From a virus (lineage: Duplodnaviria; Caudoviricetes): a stretch of 64,000 bases of DNA. Both the position numbers and the translations under genes were made by a program. Positions 48,475 through 56,345 of the stretch are shown here, piece by piece (positions within the stretch are counted from its first letter, which is position 1; every line of letters starts with the position of its first letter). Under the pieces are notes generated by a model. The model saw nothing but the letters and a program-made list of their open reading frames with translations, had not been told where the DNA came from and made no database searches. Location: positions 34,691 to 98,690 of the IMG/VR virus record IMGVR_UViG_3300042946_000581, one strand, 5' to 3'.

Positions 48475-51132
48475 ATGGAATTTTTTATAAAGAAGAACGC
48501 AACGTTACCTCTTCTTAAATTACAAGTGGTTAAGAATGGTAGATTGGACTATAACAACTTTATGAGTTTGATAGAGCAATCTGCTTTATTTTTTTCTATG
48601 GTTGATATAGAAACTGGAGTTGAGAAGATTGTTTCAAGACCTGCAGGATTTGTCGAGAAGACAAATGTTGACCCAAATGCTGAAAAGGAATATTATTTAT
48701 ATTACCAATTCCAAAATAGAGATACGAATAGAGTTGGTAGATATGAAGGACAATTTATGTTAAGAAGTTCTGATGGTGTTTTAATATTACCAATTAGAGA
48801 AAAATTATATATAAATGTTCAAGAATCTTATATTGCTGATGATTTGGAATATGATTCTTGTTACATATCTGAATTTCCTTGTTGTGTTAATGGACCCACA
48901 ACAGCTATCACAATAAATTTAAATATAGTAAGTGTTGTAACCGTAAGTTCAGTAAAGGTTGATTATATTGTAACATCTTCTGATATATTAACAGACACAC
49001 TAACATTAAATTTTACAAATACTTTAGGACAATTAGTTGGAACTGGATTAACAATTTCAATTGGTATTACAATAAATGCTGGTTCAAACATTGGGTTTGG
49101 TGAGGTTATATTACCTGACGATTACTATAATTTGGATGGAACTTCAACATTCAGTAATATTTCGGTTGTTTATCCAATTGCTTACAATTTTGTGGAATCA
49201 TTTAATACAATATTTCCTCCACAGCCAACACCAACACCATCACCAGTACAACAAATAATTGACGCAATTTTAACTGATGAAACTGATGTGTATGTTGAAG
49301 TTGGTAGTGATGAATATTTGAGTTATGTTGACCCAACTCTTGAATATCTTGTAAACGTTTATATTGCAAGTGGTTCGGTTATAACAACATTTACAATAAC
49401 TTCTAATATACCTATAAATGAAGTTGTTTCAATACCATTATCTCTTAATTTGGGATTAATTGGTGGTGGAAGTGTAAACATTTCGGCAACGGTTATTATT
49501 CCTGTGAATCAAACATCAGGTCAAACTATTACTAACAATTCTTCTTTGAATTTTTATAGTTTGAATCAAACTGGTGAATTGTTCATTGATTCTCCAAGTA
49601 TTGATTTTCCAATTAATTTCTTGGCAAATCAAATACAATTTGAACAACCACCAACTCCGACACCTACACCTACAATAACTCCAACGATTACACCTACATC
49701 GTCTGAGACACCAACACCAACACCTACAGAAACTCTGACACCAACACCTACATCGTCTGAGACACCAACTCCGACACCAACGATTACGCCTACATCGTCA
49801 GAGACACCAACTCCGACACCTACGCAGACTCCTACACCTACTCCAAGTCCAGTACCAAATCCGTTCATATCAATATGGAGAACAACAACTCCAAATGAAA
49901 CAATTAACTTACCATATAATCCTAGTGGTAATTATAGCGGAACTATTGATTGGGGTGATGGGAATATCATACCTAATACTTACACTAACAGAAGTCATAC
50001 CTATGTAACATCTGGTGATTATATCGTAACAATAGATTATGGAATTATTGATGGTTTTAGTTTTGGGAATGACTTCTCTTCGGCATCAAAACTTATTGAG
50101 GTAAATAGATGGGGTTGTTTAGGGATTGGAAATAGTGTTTATGGTTATTTCAGTAATTGTAGTAATTTAATTTTAACTGGTGTTACTGACACATTGAATT
50201 TAGCTGGGGTTACAAATCTTTCAAGTATGTTTAATAGTTGTGTTAGTTTAACAACAGTAAATAATATGGATTCTTGGGATGTATCTAACGTGACAAGTAT
50301 GACGGGAATGTTTCAAAACGCAACATTATTCAATCAAGATATTAATAGTTGGGATGTATCTAATGTAACAAATGTGGTTAGTATGTTTAAAGGAGCTTCC
50401 TCTTTTAATCAACCATTGAATAGTTGGGATATTTCTTCAGTTGGGTCTTTGGGAACTTACGAAGGTGGGATGTTTCAAGATGCAACATCATTTAATCAAG
50501 ATATTAATGGATGGGATGTTTCAAATGTTACTGATATATCATTTATGTTTAAAGGAGCAAGTTCATTTAACCAACCATTAAGTGGATGGAATGTTTCAAG
50601 TGTTACTACTATGATTGCGATGTTCTCAAATGCAACATCATTTAATCAAAATATTAACAATTGGAATGTGTCTGGAGTTACTAATATGGTGAGCATATTC
50701 AATAACGCAACATCATTTAATCAACCATTAAATAGTTGGGTTGTTTCTAATGTAACTATTATGAATGGAATGTTTGGGGGTGCAACCTCATTTAACCAAC
50801 CATTAAGTGGGTGGAATGTTTCTAATGTTACTAGTATGTTTGCTATGTTTACAGCATCCGTGTTTAATCAAGATATTAGTAATTGGGATGTTTCTAGTGT
50901 AATTAGTATGCAAAATATGTTTTCTTCAACACCTACATTTAATCAAGACATTAGTGGTTGGGATGTTGTTAATGTAACTAATATGGCTTTTATGTTCCAA
51001 TTCGCATCATCTTTCAATCAAGATTTAAGTTCTTGGTGTGTTACAAATATACCTTCATTACCAACTAACTTTGATTTAAACGCAACATCTTGGGTATTAC
51101 CAAAACCAATTTGGGGAACTTGTCCACCATAA
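48475..51132 (+). CDS. virion protein: BppU-like N-terminus, PT-repeat stalk, DUF285/BspA-like LRR C-terminus
   Basis: F+IK+N.TLP.L...DT...G.Y.G+F N-terminus; long TPT tract; more than ten FNQ[DP][IL]..W[DN]VS.VT.M..MF repeats. Confidence 0.75.
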   Translation: MEFFIKKNATLPLLKLQVVKNGRLDYNNFMSLIEQSALFFSMVDIETGVEKIVSRPAGFVEKTNVDPNAEKEYYLYYQFQNRDTNRVGRYEGQFMLRSSDGVLILPIREKLYINVQESYIADDLEYDSCYISEFPCCVNGPTTAITINLNIVSVVTVSSVKVDYIVTSSDILTDTLTLNFTNTLGQLVGTGLTISIGITINAGSNIGFGEVILPDDYYNLDGTSTFSNISVVYPIAYNFVESFNTIFPPQPTPTPSPVQQIIDAILTDETDVYVEVGSDEYLSYVDPTLEYLVNVYIASGSVITTFTITSNIPINEVVSIPLSLNLGLIGGGSVNISATVIIPVNQTSGQTITNNSSLNFYSLNQTGELFIDSPSIDFPINFLANQIQFEQPPTPTPTPTITPTITPTSSETPTPTPTETLTPTPTSSETPTPTPTITPTSSETPTPTPTQTPTPTPSPVPNPFISIWRTTTPNETINLPYNPSGNYSGTIDWGDGNIIPNTYTNRSHTYVTSGDYIVTIDYGIIDGFSFGNDFSSASKLIEVNRWGCLGIGNSVYGYFSNCSNLILTGVTDTLNLAGVTNLSSMFNSCVSLTTVNNMDSWDVSNVTSMTGMFQNATLFNQDINSWDVSNVTNVVSMFKGASSFNQPLNSWDISSVGSLGTYEGGMFQDATSFNQDINGWDVSNVTDISFMFKGASSFNQPLSGWNVSSVTTMIAMFSNATSFNQNINNWNVSGVTNMVSIFNNATSFNQPLNSWVVSNVTIMNGMFGGATSFNQPLSGWNVSNVTSMFAMFTASVFNQDISNWDVSSVISMQNMFSSTPTFNQDISGWDVVNVTNMAFMFQFASSFNQDLSSWCVTNIPSLPTNFDLNATSWVLPKPIWGTCPP
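49648..49860 (+). repeat. Pro/Thr tandem repeat (TPTSSETPTPTPT units)
   Basis: Repeated ACACCTACATCGTCTGAGACACCA-like units. Confidence 0.8.
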
Positions 51133-51147
51133 TTTGAATAAATTAGA

Positions 51148-51156
51148 ATATTTATA
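51148..51156 (+). promoter_or_regulatory. putative late promoter ATATTTATA
   Basis: 14 nt before the ATG at 51171. Confidence 0.6.
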
Positions 51157-51170
51157 TATAAAAAAACAAA

Positions 51171-53852
51171 ATGGCAACTTTAACAGGAAAAACAATTGGT
51201 GAATTAGCACTACTAACAGGAATAACATCAGATACATTATTTGCTGTAGAACTTAGTGGTGCAACATATCATATACCTTATTCAGGATTATCAGTTGGTG
51301 GTGGTTCATATGAAGAAGTGACTTATGATGAGTTATATTCTATGTACACTGGTTCAACACTTGTACCTAGTAGATTTTACTTGATGACCGATTATCAAAC
51401 TTGTTATGACCAACCAAATTACGATGTAAATGGTTCTCCTATAACAACAGGTAACTATAAAACAGGAACAACAGAACCTATATTATTATTGGCAATATCA
51501 ACAATAGGGTTCTCACCTACAGTTTATTCAACACTATACCCACAAGATAAAATATCTTATGATATAAGTTGGAACCTAACAGAGGTAACATCAGGTCTTG
51601 CTAAAGGTAGAATCACTGAACGTATTGATAATAAAAATAATAGAGCCGACTATGATTTTAGAGCGGTACAATTTATTAGATATGTTGGATATTTTTCAGA
51701 ACAATACTATGCAGGTAAAATTAATTTGGATGATACAACAGGATTAGTTTCGTCAACACAAACAGGAACAACTTTTTTTACAACTGACTTTACTGTTGGT
51801 GATATTTTTGGAGTTTATACACCTAATAATGGATTAGGTAGTTTCCAATATTATGAAATTTCATCAATAGTTAGTGATGATGAAATATATGTCACAGGTA
51901 GAACTTTAACGAAAGTGAACGACACCTATTATTCTTCGGGACAGAGATTACCTGATTATATGAATCCACACCAATGTAATATAACTGGTACAACTAATGA
52001 TGAATTTGCGGAGTATTATACATTCAATGATGATGATAATTTTAACACATACTTGGGTGATAATGTTAATTACGATACTTTTATATTATCGAATAATGTT
52101 TTTCTCAACGGTTCATACAGAAATAACACATTCGGTGGGAATGTTGTAGGTAATACATTTGATGAAGATATGGACTCAAATATAGTTGGGCCATATTGTC
52201 AATATAATATTATAACAGATGAATTTGACAGAAATATTATAGGTTCATATTTTCAATACAACATTATTGATTGTGATATGGAATCAAATCAGATTGGTAA
52301 TTATTTCGAATTTAATATGCTCGGAGATTACGAGGGTCAGGATTTTGATTATAACCGAATAGGTTCATACTTCAATAGTAATTTTTTAACGCTTAATTAT
52401 GATTTTCAAAATAATAATATTGGAGATAGTTTTTATGGTAACATCATAGATAGTGATTTCCGAAACAATACTATTGTTGGTAACTTTAATCTAAACCTAT
52501 TCATTAATAACTACTTCAATGACAATATTGTAGGTAGTGATTTTCAATATAATATCATACCAACCTCTTTCTACTCAAATAATATAGGAGAGAATTTTGA
52601 TAGTAATACAATAACCCAAAATTTTTATAACAATGAAATTGGTCCCGGATTTAATAAAAATTCAATAAGTGGGGAAACATATAACAATAGAATCGGTGAA
52701 CAATTTGAAAACAATACAATATATGGTAATTTTAATGATAACCAAATTTTCAACGAATTTAAAGGTAATATAACGTATCAGGATTTTAATTATAATAGAT
52801 TAGATTGGGGATTTGGAGGAAATCAAATTAGTGGGAATTGTTTCGGTAATATCTTTGGTAGTTATATATCTAGTAATGACTTTTTGGGTGATGTTTACGA
52901 AAATACATTTAAAGGTAGCGTTTTCGGAAACACTATTGGTAATAATTTTGCCAATAACAATATTGGTGTTGGTTTTAGTAATAACACAATAGGTGAAAAT
53001 TTTGGTTACGGAGCCTTAGCACCACAAGGTAATACCATAGGTAATTATTTTATTGATAATACAATAGGTGAGTATTTCTATAACAATACAATTCCTGATA
53101 ATTTTCATGATAATATCGTAGGAGATTATTTCCAATGGAATGTTATTAACACTAATATAGATTATACTGATTTTACCATTAATTACGGAAATATTACAGG
53201 GTTTAGTTATACGGCAACAGGAACAGGGGCAACTGATAGTATATATACTAATTTAATTGGGACAACAAATGGTCACGGTGTTAGTGCGACATTTGACGTT
53301 GAGGTTTCAAGTGGAGCTGTAATTGGAGTTAGTGCATCAACCCCAACAACAGGATACAGATACCAAATAGGTGACACCATAACAATACTTGGAACTGATA
53401 TTGGAGGAACCACCCCTGAAGATAATATTGTTATTACTGTAATTGGTACAACATCAGGTTCTTTATTCTATCAACATTTCACAAAACAAATTTTCGAAAG
53501 GAGATTAGGTGACAAAAGAGTATCTTTTTATGATGAAAATGATGTATTAAATGTTGATTCAGTATATGAAATCTCAGGTTATATTCCAGTGTATAGTCAA
53601 TCTTTATCATTCCCTTTCAGTAGTGCGAGTTTTGAGTTTGAGTGTGATGGAAGTTATACCAATAATGGTGGAATAACCAATCAAAGTGCATCTACTATGA
53701 CTGAATTGGTGACAGTATTTAACAATAACTTTAGACAATTTGGATATTTCTTTGATAATAATGATGGAACAATTGGTTTGTATATAAACCCATCATTAAA
53801 ACAACAGTATTGCCCAAGTGGAACATACACCATTAATGTGTTTAACGATTAA
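51171..53852 (+). CDS. tail fibre/spike with beta-helix repeats
   Basis: Many N.IG..F..N.I repeats; C-terminal domain ending VFND is shared with 54756..55976. Confidence 0.7.
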   Translation: MATLTGKTIGELALLTGITSDTLFAVELSGATYHIPYSGLSVGGGSYEEVTYDELYSMYTGSTLVPSRFYLMTDYQTCYDQPNYDVNGSPITTGNYKTGTTEPILLLAISTIGFSPTVYSTLYPQDKISYDISWNLTEVTSGLAKGRITERIDNKNNRADYDFRAVQFIRYVGYFSEQYYAGKINLDDTTGLVSSTQTGTTFFTTDFTVGDIFGVYTPNNGLGSFQYYEISSIVSDDEIYVTGRTLTKVNDTYYSSGQRLPDYMNPHQCNITGTTNDEFAEYYTFNDDDNFNTYLGDNVNYDTFILSNNVFLNGSYRNNTFGGNVVGNTFDEDMDSNIVGPYCQYNIITDEFDRNIIGSYFQYNIIDCDMESNQIGNYFEFNMLGDYEGQDFDYNRIGSYFNSNFLTLNYDFQNNNIGDSFYGNIIDSDFRNNTIVGNFNLNLFINNYFNDNIVGSDFQYNIIPTSFYSNNIGENFDSNTITQNFYNNEIGPGFNKNSISGETYNNRIGEQFENNTIYGNFNDNQIFNEFKGNITYQDFNYNRLDWGFGGNQISGNCFGNIFGSYISSNDFLGDVYENTFKGSVFGNTIGNNFANNNIGVGFSNNTIGENFGYGALAPQGNTIGNYFIDNTIGEYFYNNTIPDNFHDNIVGDYFQWNVINTNIDYTDFTINYGNITGFSYTATGTGATDSIYTNLIGTTNGHGVSATFDVEVSSGAVIGVSASTPTTGYRYQIGDTITILGTDIGGTTPEDNIVITVIGTTSGSLFYQHFTKQIFERRLGDKRVSFYDENDVLNVDSVYEISGYIPVYSQSLSFPFSSASFEFECDGSYTNNGGITNQSASTMTELVTVFNNNFRQFGYFFDNNDGTIGLYINPSLKQQYCPSGTYTINVFND

Positions 53853-53864
53853 AAAAATAAAAAT

Positions 53865-54125
53865 ATGAGAATTTGTATATTATGTGAAGAATCTAAAGTT
53901 TCACAAGTAAAAGAAAAATTAAAAAATGATAACATCTTGAAAATAGAATTATCACCAACTGGAGAATTGCCAGCAACTCATAAATTATGTGTTATGGCAG
54001 TTCCTGAAGAAAAGGCTAAACAACTTATGGATTCCGCAGAATTTACAATAATTGAAGCTATGAGTCCAAAAGAATTTTTGGAAAAACACAACTTGAAAAA
54101 AATTGGAAAGTTTGGGAAACTATAA
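53865..54125 (+). CDS. small hypothetical protein
   Basis: 86-aa ORF after the fibre gene; LSPTGE.PATH motif. Confidence 0.65.
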   Translation: MRICILCEESKVSQVKEKLKNDNILKIELSPTGELPATHKLCVMAVPEEKAKQLMDSAEFTIIEAMSPKEFLEKHNLKKIGKFGKL

Positions 54126-54732
54126 GATAATAAAAAATTTCATCACAAAGGATGAAGTTGACCAAATAGTAAATTGGTTAAGTTCGGTTAATCATAGTGG
54201 TAGTGATAGTAATCATCATCTAACTGAACTTGGTAAGTTATTAAATGGTAATTCTTATATGTTTGATATTTCAAACACACCACTAACTAATTATATCACA
54301 AAGTTTCAATCAATATCTGATGTATCCTACGATATATTACCTGATTTCATATATAACTTAGTAGATAAAATTTCAAAAGAATTCAGTTTCCCAAAAGATA
54401 ATATATTTCTTCAAGCTGTTGATATGAATAAAGGTGGAAAAATAAATCCACATTATGATACCTCAGTTAGTGGTTATATCAATTATAAATGTAATATAAG
54501 TGTTTTATCAGAAGACTATGAATTATTTCTTGATAAAGAATCAATTAAAATTCAAGCAACTGATTTATATGGTTTTGAAGCATCATTATACAAACATTGG
54601 ACAAATGAATTTAATTCAAGACGAGTTTTTTTAAGTTTTGGGTTTCTATTAAAATATGAAGATTTGGGTAGAAATATTAATGACCCTAGAGTTAGATTAA
54701 GTAGAAGAATCGAGAAATACTTTCAACAATAA
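54103..54732 (+). CDS. 2OG-Fe(II) oxygenase superfamily protein
   Basis: IIKNFI+.DE start; GG.I.PHYD (HxD), distal H (YKHW) and R (SRRV.LS); TTG start. Confidence 0.7.
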   Translation: MESLGNYKIIKNFITKDEVDQIVNWLSSVNHSGSDSNHHLTELGKLLNGNSYMFDISNTPLTNYITKFQSISDVSYDILPDFIYNLVDKISKEFSFPKDNIFLQAVDMNKGGKINPHYDTSVSGYINYKCNISVLSEDYELFLDKESIKIQATDLYGFEASLYKHWTNEFNSRRVFLSFGFLLKYEDLGRNINDPRVRLSRRIEKYFQQ

Positions 54733-54755
54733 AATATTTATTAAAAAAAAACAAA

Positions 54756-55976
54756 ATGGCAACAAAATATATAGTAGATAACGTACCAAATCAAACCATA
54801 AATGGTGACGTAACAATAAATGGAAATTTAAGTGTCACTGGAGTTACAACTGGAAGTTTGGCCACATATAAAGCATTACTAACCCAATTGGGTGTTCAGA
54901 GTGGCACTGACTTAGGTGATTTTAATGATGGTTTAATTATAGGCGAAACCTATGAAATATTAAATTATCAGAGTGGTGATGATTTCAGTAATATTGCAAA
55001 TGCGTTGAGTGGGGTTGTTCTTACATATAGTTATAGTGGAACAGCGGTAACTGGGGTGACCAATACATATACTTCTGGTGGATTCACAAGTGGTGGAGGT
55101 TCTGGTATTGAGTTTGATATCGTAGTAAACAATGATGCTTATGAATCAGTCAACATCGTTACCATTGGTTATGGTTATGTAAGTGGTGATACAATAACGA
55201 TATTGGGCACTAATGTTGGGGGTGTTAGTCCAGATAACGACATAACAATAACAGTTGATAGTGCAACTACCGAGAATCCAAATGAAACAGGTTCTGTTTT
55301 TATCGCAATAGGAGAATTACCTACAAATTGGAATAATGGTTCTACTTTAGAATCTAGGGGTAATTTAGTTGTAAAAGTGTTAGAAAACAATTTGGGTTAT
55401 GATATTGAATGGGTCGAGGATTTTATGGGGGGAGGTATTTACATCGCTTTTAATTCAATTACAGGACCACTATATAATACTTTTAATAGAAGCACAACAT
55501 TTGTTTTAGGTGGAAATATTGCAATACCATTTTTTGGTCCTACCGCAATAGAAACTTTCGTATTACCCTATACTGTTAATGAAAAAGACGATACCATTCT
55601 TTTAGCGGTTTTTGATTTAAGTGTTCCTGAATCAGTCTCTAATAGTTTGTATTATTTTCCTATCGAGATTCAAATTCTACAAGATACAAACACAACACCA
55701 ATCGTAATAAGTGGAACTACAACATCATTTCCTTTCACAAATGTAAGTATTGAGTTTTACTGTGGTGATATGGTTATTCAATCGTTTTACACAAGTGGTG
55801 GTACTATTGTTAATGACATACCTGAAGTTGTTAACATATTGAATACAGATACCAACACAAGTTTTCTTGGTACGTTTTCTGATGATGGTGGAAACATAAT
55901 TTTAACTATGGCAACAAATCTTAAAAATCAATTCTGTACTAATAGTACATTAACATTTTATGTTTTCAATGACTAA
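54756..55976 (+). CDS. fibre/decoration protein paralogous to the C-terminus of 51171..53852
   Basis: Shares GDTITILGT.+GG..P...I.ITV and SFPF...EF.C...QxC.....VFND; ATATTTAT at 54734-41. Confidence 0.65.
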   Translation: MATKYIVDNVPNQTINGDVTINGNLSVTGVTTGSLATYKALLTQLGVQSGTDLGDFNDGLIIGETYEILNYQSGDDFSNIANALSGVVLTYSYSGTAVTGVTNTYTSGGFTSGGGSGIEFDIVVNNDAYESVNIVTIGYGYVSGDTITILGTNVGGVSPDNDITITVDSATTENPNETGSVFIAIGELPTNWNNGSTLESRGNLVVKVLENNLGYDIEWVEDFMGGGIYIAFNSITGPLYNTFNRSTTFVLGGNIAIPFFGPTAIETFVLPYTVNEKDDTILLAVFDLSVPESVSNSLYYFPIEIQILQDTNTTPIVISGTTTSFPFTNVSIEFYCGDMVIQSFYTSGGTIVNDIPEVVNILNTDTNTSFLGTFSDDGGNIILTMATNLKNQFCTNSTLTFYVFND

Positions 55977-56000
55977 TAAAAAAATTAAAACAGAAAAAAA

Positions 56001-56240
56001 ATGATACAATACATTAAAAGAAAAAGTGATAATAAGTTTCTACAATCTTTAGAAAACGATGTTTGGGTTGATAACTCAAAAGAAGCTTATGAAATGACTC
56101 TTATAGAGTGTAAGAATATAAAAACTGAGTTGCTTAACACATATACTTCTGAAGAAATTACTGAAGTTGTTAATATGTTTAAGAACAAACCAATGTCGAG
56201 AGAAGAAAAAAAAGAACTTTTATCTTTACTTAAAAAATAA
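56001..56240 (+). CDS. small hypothetical protein
   Basis: 79-aa ORF following the fibre-like gene. Confidence 0.6.
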   Translation: MIQYIKRKSDNKFLQSLENDVWVDNSKEAYEMTLIECKNIKTELLNTYTSEEITEVVNMFKNKPMSREEKKELLSLLKK

Positions 56241-56242
56241 AA

Positions 56243-56271
56243 TTGACGAATTAGAACGATATCATTATACT
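56243..56271 (+). promoter_or_regulatory. sigma70-like promoter TTGACG-N17-TATACT for the DNA polymerase gene
   Basis: -35 at 56243-48 and -10 at 56266-71 with an exact 17-nt spacer. Confidence 0.6.
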
Positions 56272-56345
56272 TATAAGGACAAGGTAAATGTCATCACTTT
56301 AGTATGACAGCTAATACACCATCTAAAATTAAGTATAATGATATC
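56258..56345 (+). repeat. perfect 16-bp inverted repeat linking the -10 box and the polymerase start codon
   Basis: GATATCATTATACTTA (56258-73) and TAAGTATAATGATATC (56330-45). Confidence 0.85.

Noticed and set aside
49629-49868. Antisense (GV)n ORF and other short overlapping ORFs in the track
   Set aside because: They are shadows of PT repeats or of long genes on the opposite strand or frame, with no independent signals.
36346-50990. CRISPR array or satellite DNA in the repetitive tracts
   Set aside because: All repeats are in-frame, codon-degenerate protein repeats with no constant repeat plus unique spacer structure.
54090-54125. Programmed -1 frameshift fusing 53865 to the oxygenase
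   Set aside because: The downstream ORF is in the +1 frame; an overlapping TTG start after an A-run explains it.
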